Source of the DNA: a virus
IMG/VR virus record: IMGVR_UViG_3300009506_000019
Location: 102,062 to 166,061 of that record
Strand: one strand, 5' to 3'
DNA: 64,000 bases
Part shown: positions 38,285 to 45,911 of the stretch, piece by piece
Numbering within the stretch: the stretch's first letter is position 1
Layout: each line of letters starts with the position of its first letter
Translations under genes and position numbers: made by a program
Notes under the pieces: generated by a model
What the model was told of the DNA's origin: nothing
Database searches by the model: none
The model's input: only the letters and a program-made list of their open reading frames with translations

Positions 38285-39586
38285 CTACTTGTGGCCCTTC
38301 GCAACCGCACGGGCGTTCGGGATACCGAAGCCGATGATCTGACCGAAAGCCCAGCCCTTGACCAGGCGACGGTGCGAGAACATGTTGAACGGCTCGGAGA
38401 ACAGCTCGACGCGGACGCCCATCTCACCGAGGTACTCAGAACCGGTGACCGCATAGAACGTACCCGCAGGCACGACCTCTTCGACACCGGTACCAGCTGC
38501 CGTGATGATCTGAGCATTGAGGATGTTGCCGATGTACCCCGCGAGGATCAACTCACGCTCGGTGACCGGATCCACGTTGGTGGACATCGTTTTGACAACA
38601 TCGGAAAGCTCGGCACGGTTGATGAGGAATTTCTCCACCATCAAGCGGTGACGCTCAACCTGGTAGCGAACGTCCTCGAAAGCCGAGATACCGAGAGTCG
38701 CGAAGATCGTCTCGGCGTTCACGGTGACGGCTGCGCGGTCAAGCAGCGAGAGACCACGCTTGTCCTCTTCCAGCTCGATCTCCTGACGGGCAGTGTCCTG
38801 AGCACGATCGAGGACATCGTAGTTCATCTGGTAGATGTCCTCGATATCCACGGTCGGGAAGGCCGTGACCTTGAACTCGGAAGGCTGGATGAAACGACCA
38901 TAGAGCCGAGACTCGATGGACTGACCATCCTGACCAACCACCCACGCGGTGGAACGAACGTCCTTCGCGATACGGAACAGCTCGCCCTGGGCGAGTGGCC
39001 GTACGCGGTAGACCTTGCGAGCCCACCCCTCGTAGTCGATGATGTCCTTGATCGGGAGCAACAGCTCCTGGCCGACGATGGCGAAGCCTTCACCGGTCGG
39101 ATCTTGCATCGCGGATGCGAGAACCTTGCGGCGATCCTCGGCGGGCATCTGGTTGGACGCCTCACGATAGAAGGTGCCTGGGGACGCCTTCTTCGTGACG
39201 GTGTTCAACAAGTAGGCGATCTGTTGCAACGCGTCCTTGTCATCGTACGCGTTGACCTGACCGGTCTTGTCGAACATGCGCTCCGACAGCTTGGTGTTGC
39301 CGACTGCCTGACGAATGCCGTCGCGGGTCACGTCGCCAGCGTAGGCGGTCGGGTTGAACTGACCGTCTTGGTCCCAGACCTGCTCTTGCTGACGATCAGT
39401 GAAATGTTGGCGGCTGTGTGCGGCCACACGTTCCTGGTCCACCTGATGCTGCTGGACGGCCTGCGGTGTGACCGAGTTGGCCATCATACGCCGCTGCTCT
39501 GGCGTTGGTTGAGCCGGAACCGGGACCTGCGGACGCGCCGCCGCTCCGGCTGCAGCAATACGTCGGTATGGATTCTGCACCTTCAT
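38285..39586 (-). CDS. Major capsid protein (HK97 fold) with N-terminal propeptide
   Basis: PIKDIIDYEGWARKVYRVRPLAQGE...DVLDRAQDTARQEIELEED...GFGIPNARAVAKG; strongest codon bias in the window; AAGGAG RBS. Confidence 0.9.
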   Translation of the reverse strand: MKVQNPYRRIAAAGAAARPQVPVPAQPTPEQRRMMANSVTPQAVQQHQVDQERVAAHSRQHFTDRQQEQVWDQDGQFNPTAYAGDVTRDGIRQAVGNTKLSERMFDKTGQVNAYDDKDALQQIAYLLNTVTKKASPGTFYREASNQMPAEDRRKVLASAMQDPTGEGFAIVGQELLLPIKDIIDYEGWARKVYRVRPLAQGELFRIAKDVRSTAWVVGQDGQSIESRLYGRFIQPSEFKVTAFPTVDIEDIYQMNYDVLDRAQDTARQEIELEEDKRGLSLLDRAAVTVNAETIFATLGISAFEDVRYQVERHRLMVEKFLINRAELSDVVKTMSTNVDPVTERELILAGYIGNILNAQIITAAGTGVEEVVPAGTFYAVTGSEYLGEMGVRVELFSEPFNMFSHRRLVKGWAFGQIIGFGIPNARAVAKGHK

Positions 39587-39624
39587 TGTTGGAATCTCCT
39601 TGTGAAAAGTCTCAAAGCTCTCAA

Positions 39625-39674
39625 AGGCAACGAGCGGCGAACCCGGTTAAGGGCTCGCCGCTGCCGGATTGCCT
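39625..39674 (-). promoter_or_regulatory. Strong hairpin in the MCP leader
   Basis: AGCGGCGAGCCC-TTAACC-GGGTTCGCCGCT, extended by AGGCAA/TTGCCT. Confidence 0.55.
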
Positions 39675-39675
39675 A

Positions 39676-40461
39676 TCAGGTCACAACGACAGGATCGCCA
39701 CCCATCCGGACACCGAGGAACGGATCGTCGGCAGACGGAACTTGGATGACATGACCCACGAAATCACCCTCACCAGCGTCGTTGGTGAAGAGACCTGCCA
39801 AAGCGGGAGTTGCCCCACCGCAGTACAGGTTCTTTCCAACGCCAGTCATCGTGTACGCACGCGAGGTGTCGTATTGCGATGTGAAGAGGATGGTCGCATC
39901 CGTGATGACTGTGATGCGGCTATCCGCGATGGTCACGTCATCGTTGCGGTTGAAGAAGTTTTGTCCCTGGAACTCGAGGTCCCTGGAACTCAACTCCCAG
40001 GTGTAGGTGACCCACACCGTGGTCGCAACCGGGATGCCGCCAGTGCCCACTTGTGTGACGGTACCGTTCACGGCCGAAACCGTGTAGTCCGTCGTCACCG
40101 TGTAGGCGGTGCCTGCCAGATTCGGCATGTCACGGATCTGGAGGTTGCTGACGTTGGCATGCTTCAGGTTGAACGTTGCATCGGCGGCTGGGAACGAGAT
40201 TGCCTCATCGACCTGAGCGGCCTTCAGAGACAGCGCCTTGTTCCACTTGGCCACGCCAAGAACGGGCTTGCTGACGCACGTGATGATTTCACCAGCATCG
40301 TCTTGTGAAACCAACATCCCTTGTTCAAAACTTGCGGCTTCTGCAGCCTTCCAGATGCCTGTGTCCTGCAGAATGACGCACCGACCGAGGTCCAGCCCAC
40401 GTGGGAAAATGTCCGACTGGAATGATCCCAGACGAGGGCTATCAAGTCCCACTGCACCCAT
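39676..40461 (-). CDS. Capsid decoration/cement protein
   Basis: Between scaffold and MCP; ITVITDATILFTSQYDT...GHVIQVPSADDPFLGV; AGGAGG RBS; high GC3. Confidence 0.7.
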   Translation of the reverse strand: MGAVGLDSPRLGSFQSDIFPRGLDLGRCVILQDTGIWKAAEAASFEQGMLVSQDDAGEIITCVSKPVLGVAKWNKALSLKAAQVDEAISFPAADATFNLKHANVSNLQIRDMPNLAGTAYTVTTDYTVSAVNGTVTQVGTGGIPVATTVWVTYTWELSSRDLEFQGQNFFNRNDDVTIADSRITVITDATILFTSQYDTSRAYTMTGVGKNLYCGGATPALAGLFTNDAGEGDFVGHVIQVPSADDPFLGVRMGGDPVVVT

Positions 40462-40485
40462 TGTTTTTACCTCCTAGTTGCAGTT

Positions 40486-40508
40486 AAAAATGGGGCGGCA
40501 TAGCCCCC
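40486..40508 (-). terminator. Weak intrinsic terminator-like hairpin after the protease/scaffold gene
   Basis: GGGGC-TATGCC-GCCCC-ATTTTT. Confidence 0.35.
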
Positions 40509-40516
40509 GTTAAAGT

Positions 40517-41839
40517 TCACGCTCCCAAGCTACTGCGGCTTGAAGCAACCTTTGTTGTCCCAACAGCCTTTCGAATCGCATCGCGCTTGTTGTCTCGCGG
40601 CGAGCCGTGGACCGAGGGCTCTGAGTCGCTTGATGTCAGCTGCAGATTGCCTGCCGCAGCTCGTTGACGAAGCTCATCGTTTTCACGAGAAGCAATGCGT
40701 GCAGACGGAACTGGTTGAGTCGGCGGTACGATCGCAATCATGTTCTTGAGGTCTGCTTCGATCTGCATGAGCGACTCATCGCTCATCTTCATCACCTCGC
40801 CGGTTCTCTCAATGAGACCGTCGATGTATGCTTCCCATGCTGGTTTGTCTGTGCCTTCAACCAACGGCTCGTTGATCGAAGCTTCGACCAGATTGACCGC
40901 CAAGGCATCGTCCATCGGCTCGTACTCATATCCACCACCAAGTGGACGTGGATTGAGCAAAGCTTCAGTCATCGCCTCTTTGATCGGAGAATGCTCGAGA
41001 TTCAAAGATTGACGACGAGCGACAATCTTCATGGCCCGCACAAAGCGATCGGTGAAGGTATCGAAGAATTGCTTCTTCTCCTTCTCAATCTCAGCGATCT
41101 TGGCCTCCAACCGCTTGTTATACAGAGCCTCGAGTCGAATAGCATGCTTGCGAGCATCGGCCGTATCGATCTCGGCCTTCTTGTCGTCCTTGTCGTCCTT
41201 CTTCTTGTCCTTCAGGTTCTCTGGGAACTTGCCCTTCGCAGCATGCTTCTCTTTGTGATCGAGCGTGACATCATCGAGCGTGCTCTTGTTCATGTTGAAT
41301 TCCTCACGCTCGTCACGTTGGTCCGTGTCGTGCATCTCGGTGACAGACAGATCGCTCGGATTGCGATCATGCTGCTCGTCTTCGAGATCGGTCTCTCGAC
41401 CTTCGAGAACATCAACACCCTTGTAGTCCTTGGTTTCGTGTCTCTCCTGTGCATCGGTCTCTTCACCGGCACCCGTGGCACTGGCTGGAGCACCAGGACG
41501 TGCCTCTTGAGTGTCTTGATCTGCTTGTTCCACCACGGAATTGGTGTTGATGCGGTCCTTGTTCAACATGTCGTCCATGTAATACTCGAGGACCTGAGCG
41601 AGGCGAGGACCAACGATGGCATTAGTGCGGCGAATGGTCCCACCCATACCGTGCTCGGCAATCATGGTGAGCACATCCTTGGCCAGCTCTTGCTTTTCCT
41701 TGCCAGCAACCTTGCTGTCGTTCGGAACCCTGGAGGGTTTTACGACAAACAACGTACCTTCTTTGTCGAAGATACGAACATTGCCAGCTTCCGTGATTTC
41801 TGCCTGCAGATGCTTGTATGAACCAGCAAAGCGAAGCAT
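40517..41839 (-). CDS. Nested in-frame scaffolding protein
   Basis: AGGAGGT at 41846-41852, 6 nt before in-frame ATG 41839 (MLRFAGSY), right after a Pro-rich linker. Confidence 0.65.
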   Translation of the reverse strand: MLRFAGSYKHLQAEITEAGNVRIFDKEGTLFVVKPSRVPNDSKVAGKEKQELAKDVLTMIAEHGMGGTIRRTNAIVGPRLAQVLEYYMDDMLNKDRINTNSVVEQADQDTQEARPGAPASATGAGEETDAQERHETKDYKGVDVLEGRETDLEDEQHDRNPSDLSVTEMHDTDQRDEREEFNMNKSTLDDVTLDHKEKHAAKGKFPENLKDKKKDDKDDKKAEIDTADARKHAIRLEALYNKRLEAKIAEIEKEKKQFFDTFTDRFVRAMKIVARRQSLNLEHSPIKEAMTEALLNPRPLGGGYEYEPMDDALAVNLVEASINEPLVEGTDKPAWEAYIDGLIERTGEVMKMSDESLMQIEADLKNMIAIVPPTQPVPSARIASRENDELRQRAAAGNLQLTSSDSEPSVHGSPRDNKRDAIRKAVGTTKVASSRSSLGA

Positions 41840-43207
41840 CGATGGACCTCCTGAATCTTTGGTTTTTCCGTTATTCGAGCCACGCTTCGGCGGAGGAGCA
41901 ACTCCCATAGCTTCAGGAGTAAGTTGCTGCCCCGGACCTGCAGGCGTGAGGCCCATTTCTTCCGGAGTAAGTTCTTCGATGGGGGTACCAAGAGCTGGAG
42001 CCTCTTCCAAAGGTTCTCCAGACTCGATCTCTACCCCACCACCTTCACCAACATTAATATTGACCGTAACACCAGGTTCCTCTTCACCTGGCATCTCAGG
42101 CGCTCGTGGAGGAACTGCTGGGGCTGCGGGTTCTTCGCCTGGTGCAGCTGGAGGAGGCGGTGCCACCTGCGCAGTCTTCTGGAGGCTGGCAAATTTCTCC
42201 TCGATAGACTGCTCCAGCTGCCTAACCTTCGCCTGAAGCATCAGAATCTCAGACTCATTGCGAAGCTGATCGTCCTTCTCTAGCTGCGCAACCTTGGCAG
42301 AAAGCTGGAGAATCTCATACTGCTCAGCTTTGACATCGGCCGGATCATGCACTCGACTATATTCGTCGAATACCACACCCTCACACCACTCAAATGCCTT
42401 CGCAACTCTTCGTGGTTTTGCGGCCGTTTTGTCTTTGCTGTCGTGACTGATAATAAATGCGATCGGATTGAAATCCGGCTCGCTGTCATCGTATTCTTTA
42501 CCCTTGTTGCGTGCGATGTGGTTGCAGAACTCGCTACGCGTGTAGGCTACCTTGCCGCACACATTGCATCTGGTGCGAATACAGGAGCAACCCATTGATC
42601 CATTCTTGAGAATAGCATTTTTGACGCCATTGGCAAATGCTGGATCTTTTTGAGTATCAATGGCGATGAGCAACTCAACGAATTCGTCTTTGACGACCTC
42701 ACCGCACTTGCGGCAATGAATACCTGTCTCCGGATCGCGGCCGTCTTCTGATGCTGTCTTATTGTGACAATTTGGGCACTCATCAAGAGGCGCTGAAGAA
42801 TCGTTGTAGTGTGCGTCAACGATAAAGCCTCTTGCGTTTTTCGGATTGTCAGCACGATGATTGATGTGATGAGGCTTGTTTTCGTAGGTACGATATACCT
42901 GCTTGCCGAGACGATGATCAAATCTCAACAACTCGTGCTTGTGAAATGCGTCTTTGTTCTCGTTCGGAACATTGGATGTGTTACCACGAATGGCTTCGAA
43001 GATGTAATCGCCTGGATTGGGAGAGATATCATACTCATCAGCCAACATTGCGAGCTTCTCTGCCAAGTCGATGGACTTACGACCACTGAGAAACTCACTT
43101 CGGCTCTCTCCTTCATAGGCGGCTGTGCGTGTGAAAGATTCACCCTCAGTCACCGCAACAGCAAGAGTCTCCACCGAGGCGATTTTCACAAAGCCCTTTT
43201 TCTTCAT
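40517..43207 (-). CDS. Prohead maturation protease (HK97/assemblin-type) fused to scaffold
   Basis: NENKDAF, KPHHINH, GFIVDA, GSMGC and FDEYSRVHDPAD motifs; CxxC insertions; long acidic/coiled C-terminus. Confidence 0.82.
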   Translation of the reverse strand: MKKKGFVKIASVETLAVAVTEGESFTRTAAYEGESRSEFLSGRKSIDLAEKLAMLADEYDISPNPGDYIFEAIRGNTSNVPNENKDAFHKHELLRFDHRLGKQVYRTYENKPHHINHRADNPKNARGFIVDAHYNDSSAPLDECPNCHNKTASEDGRDPETGIHCRKCGEVVKDEFVELLIAIDTQKDPAFANGVKNAILKNGSMGCSCIRTRCNVCGKVAYTRSEFCNHIARNKGKEYDDSEPDFNPIAFIISHDSKDKTAAKPRRVAKAFEWCEGVVFDEYSRVHDPADVKAEQYEILQLSAKVAQLEKDDQLRNESEILMLQAKVRQLEQSIEEKFASLQKTAQVAPPPPAAPGEEPAAPAVPPRAPEMPGEEEPGVTVNINVGEGGGVEIESGEPLEEAPALGTPIEELTPEEMGLTPAGPGQQLTPEAMGVAPPPKRGSNNGKTKDSGGPSMLRFAGSYKHLQAEITEAGNVRIFDKEGTLFVVKPSRVPNDSKVAGKEKQELAKDVLTMIAEHGMGGTIRRTNAIVGPRLAQVLEYYMDDMLNKDRINTNSVVEQADQDTQEARPGAPASATGAGEETDAQERHETKDYKGVDVLEGRETDLEDEQHDRNPSDLSVTEMHDTDQRDEREEFNMNKSTLDDVTLDHKEKHAAKGKFPENLKDKKKDDKDDKKAEIDTADARKHAIRLEALYNKRLEAKIAEIEKEKKQFFDTFTDRFVRAMKIVARRQSLNLEHSPIKEAMTEALLNPRPLGGGYEYEPMDDALAVNLVEASINEPLVEGTDKPAWEAYIDGLIERTGEVMKMSDESLMQIEADLKNMIAIVPPTQPVPSARIASRENDELRQRAAAGNLQLTSSDSEPSVHGSPRDNKRDAIRKAVGTTKVASSRSSLGA

Positions 43208-43335
43208 TTCGATTTGTCGTCCTGTTGTGTTTTCGGAGGAGGATTATCTTTGGGCTTTGATTCAGCCTTCTTCCCTTTTTCCTTGGTGGGTTCTACCACA
43301 CCCAAAGTTGTTGTTCTGCCTGTCTTTTTAAACAT
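43204..43335 (-). CDS. 43 aa basic peptide coupled to the protease start (below the track cutoff)
   Basis: MFKKTGRTTTLGVVEPTKEKGKKAESKPKDNPPPKTQQDDKSK; its TGA overlaps the protease ATG (ATGA). Confidence 0.5.
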   Translation of the reverse strand: MFKKTGRTTTLGVVEPTKEKGKKAESKPKDNPPPKTQQDDKSK

Positions 43336-43340
43336 ATTCG

Positions 43341-43424
43341 AGCCCTTACCGGACAATATTCCGATGTAAGGCTTTGCTAGTAATATTTAAGGTTTGTCAG
43401 AAGAAATGTACGAACGTACAATTT
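43341..43424 (-). promoter_or_regulatory. AT-rich intergenic region with two inverted repeats
   Basis: TGTACG-TT-CGTACA palindrome (43407-43420) and AGCCTTACATCGGA-ATATTG-TCCGGTAAGGGCT hairpin (43341-43373). Confidence 0.45.
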
Positions 43425-43425
43425 A

Positions 43426-43980
43426 CTATCGAGGATCTACTATTGCGTCTACTTCGGCCTTTGAAGTAGCATTTCTTACCTGATCCTTTAAAGCTGTGCC
43501 GCTATCCACATGACCTTTATATGTTCCAACAGCAGTCATATAAAATAAATGTAAGTCATTTAAATCGGTAATATCATAATAGTCATTATCATCTTTAGTG
43601 TTCCATCTTACAGGATACGTAAGCATCGGATCGTCACGTACTTGGTGAATACCCATCATTTTTGCTTGTGCATGTTGACTAAGGCTGAATATCTTATTAG
43701 CATACTGGAAGCCGTTCTCGATAAGCTCATATGTCCGTGCATCAATGATCTTAAATTTCTGTTCCTTATGCGCTTCCAAGCTATCCGGACCAACGTGTGC
43801 GGCCACAATAGTATCAATGGTAGGCTTATCGTCTTTGTCCACGATGACAGTGCAGGTTTGATTATTGTCAGAACATCCAGCGCTAAGAACAATAAAATCG
43901 GCAGCTTTCAATTCTTCTGTGAACTTCACAATATCGACGCCACCATTGAAGGTGCCAACATCATAAGTGAATTCTGGCAT
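43426..43980 (-). CDS. DUF4376-like fibre assembly chaperone
   Basis: GFQYANKIFS...WNTKDD...LKDQVRNATSKAEVDAI motif; follows a fibre gene. Confidence 0.7.
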   Translation of the reverse strand: MPEFTYDVGTFNGGVDIVKFTEELKAADFIVLSAGCSDNNQTCTVIVDKDDKPTIDTIVAAHVGPDSLEAHKEQKFKIIDARTYELIENGFQYANKIFSLSQHAQAKMMGIHQVRDDPMLTYPVRWNTKDDNDYYDITDLNDLHLFYMTAVGTYKGHVDSGTALKDQVRNATSKAEVDAIVDPR

Positions 43981-45911
43981 TATCCTACCCTCGTAAGATT
44001 AAGGGTTCTTTGGGTAGCAGACCCTGTACCACCAGTTACGCGCCAACGAATTTCAATAGCTTGACCATCAGCAACGGTGACACGACAATTAGTGCTTGTT
44101 GGAATATATACATCAAGATTAATTCTGTTGAAGAATCTTTCAGTATGAGCTACTTGTACCCCAGCAACATAAACAGACAAGTACGTTGTGGTACCATTTG
44201 TATTGTTTTCTAACGTGGTGCTGAACTCTACTTCATATTCACCAGCACCAGGTGTGATACTCATACCAGCCATAAGAGTATCAGTCGTTGATGTAGTTGT
44301 GGTAGTGGCTGTAGCTGATGCCTCATTACCAGGAACATTCACTTCATGGGAGTGATCAGAACGAGCCAGAGTCGTTGCCGTACCTTCGGCATTTACTGTG
44401 TTTGTACCAACGGTAGATGCTACCGCAGTTGAGATGTCGTGTTTGTGATCCTCTCGAGCTGGTGTTGTTGATGTGCCAGCAGCTGCAGCTGCCTTTGTTA
44501 CATTAACGGGAGCAGCTGGTGTACCCATCGCATGAATATGATCTGATCTTGCAAGGGTAGTGGCCGTACCCTCGGCTGCTACTGCAGCTATCTGAGTGGT
44601 CCCTGGAGTACCAGTAGATACATCATGCTTGTGATCGGATCTAGAAAATGTTGTTGCTGTACCAGGAGCATTGGCTGCTTTGGTTACATTTACTGGTGTA
44701 GCAACTGGTACACCATGTACGTGATCTGATCTAGCCATGCCAGCGGCTGTGCCCTCAGCAGCAGTCGCACCAGCACTCAAATCAAGCGGTGTGCCTTTGG
44801 TGATTGCATGAGTATGATCAGAACGAGCGAGAGAAGCGGCTGTTCCTTCTTGATTAGTCGTATTAGCAGATAATGTTGATGCAACTGCTGTGGTTACATC
44901 ATGCTTGTGATCGGAACGAGCAAGAGAGGTGGCTATACCTTCAGAATTTGCTGATTTAGTAACATTTACAGGAACAGCGGTATCAACATCATGTTTGTGG
45001 TCTGCTCTTGCTGGTGTCGTCGATGTTCCAGCAGAAGCTGGACTCTTATTTACATTTAACGGAGCCCCAGGTGTTGGAAGGGCAAATTCATGCCTGTGAT
45101 CAGAACGAGCAAGAGAGGTAGATGTCCCCTCAGCAGCGGTATCGCCTATTGATATGGCACCAGGTATACCAGTATCTACATCATGCTTGTGATCACCACG
45201 AGATGCCTGTGCGAATGTTCCAGCAGATGCTACACTTTTATTAACATTCAAAGGTGGATCATCTTCAAATGGTCCAACCACATTGGTGCCGACTAAATTA
45301 GTGCCAGCACGTATTAACACCTGTCCATCGTTCACGGAACCAATAGGTAGTCTTTGTCCCCCACTTTCATGAACGGCAACAACATTTGGATTTGGATATG
45401 TGCCCCCAAGATCTCCACCAGCAGCTCCAGTAGGAACACGAGCATTTGTATTTCTTGGATCAGCATTGGTTACATATCGATTGGTGTCAGATGGTACACC
45501 ACTGGTACCAGCCAATGCATCTTTTTGATCTGGTGATGGAACACTTGATGTAGCAGCGCCGCTATCCTTGATGATGAGACCACTAGGTCCATCAAATGCT
45601 GCCAGGTTATCTGCCGTGGCACCACCACCAGGACCAATAACACTGCCAGCTCCAGGAGCGATAGATGTTCCACGATATCGAATCTTGCCCTCTGCCTGAT
45701 CCAAGGTGTAATCACCTGGCAGAGAACCAACTAAACTAACAAATTCTTCATCAATGACTTTGCTATTAACAAGATCCTGAATCTCTTCACGATATATGTC
45801 GTATTGTTCTGGTGTGATGTCTACTGTCACATCACCATTGATGCCCAGACGTGGAAGTGGACCAGGAAGAGAAACTGGAGCGGCTTGTAGATTTCTATAT
45901 CTTACCTTCAT
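43980..45911 (-). CDS. Fibre protein with ten ARSDHxH repeats
   Basis: Likely start MKVRYRNL at 45911 (ATGA overlap, GGAGAG RBS); GGDLGGTYPNP motif; C-terminal beta-sandwich. Confidence 0.75.
   Translation of the reverse strand: MKVRYRNLQAAPVSLPGPLPRLGINGDVTVDITPEQYDIYREEIQDLVNSKVIDEEFVSLVGSLPGDYTLDQAEGKIRYRGTSIAPGAGSVIGPGGGATADNLAAFDGPSGLIIKDSGAATSSVPSPDQKDALAGTSGVPSDTNRYVTNADPRNTNARVPTGAAGGDLGGTYPNPNVVAVHESGGQRLPIGSVNDGQVLIRAGTNLVGTNVVGPFEDDPPLNVNKSVASAGTFAQASRGDHKHDVDTGIPGAISIGDTAAEGTSTSLARSDHRHEFALPTPGAPLNVNKSPASAGTSTTPARADHKHDVDTAVPVNVTKSANSEGIATSLARSDHKHDVTTAVASTLSANTTNQEGTAASLARSDHTHAITKGTPLDLSAGATAAEGTAAGMARSDHVHGVPVATPVNVTKAANAPGTATTFSRSDHKHDVSTGTPGTTQIAAVAAEGTATTLARSDHIHAMGTPAAPVNVTKAAAAAGTSTTPAREDHKHDISTAVASTVGTNTVNAEGTATTLARSDHSHEVNVPGNEASATATTTTTSTTDTLMAGMSITPGAGEYEVEFSTTLENNTNGTTTYLSVYVAGVQVAHTERFFNRINLDVYIPTSTNCRVTVADGQAIEIRWRVTGGTGSATQRTLNLTRVG

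Noticed and set aside
38291-39754. 487 aa plus-strand ORF antisense to MCP (also 40664..41821, 39505..40308, 60802..61440)
   Set aside because: Antisense shadows expected from strong codon bias of the minus-strand genes; no RBS or recognisable motifs
44350-45215. Regularly spaced DNA repeats (GATCAGAACGAGC-like) resembling a CRISPR array
   Set aside because: Degenerate at third codon positions and explained by protein ARSDH repeats
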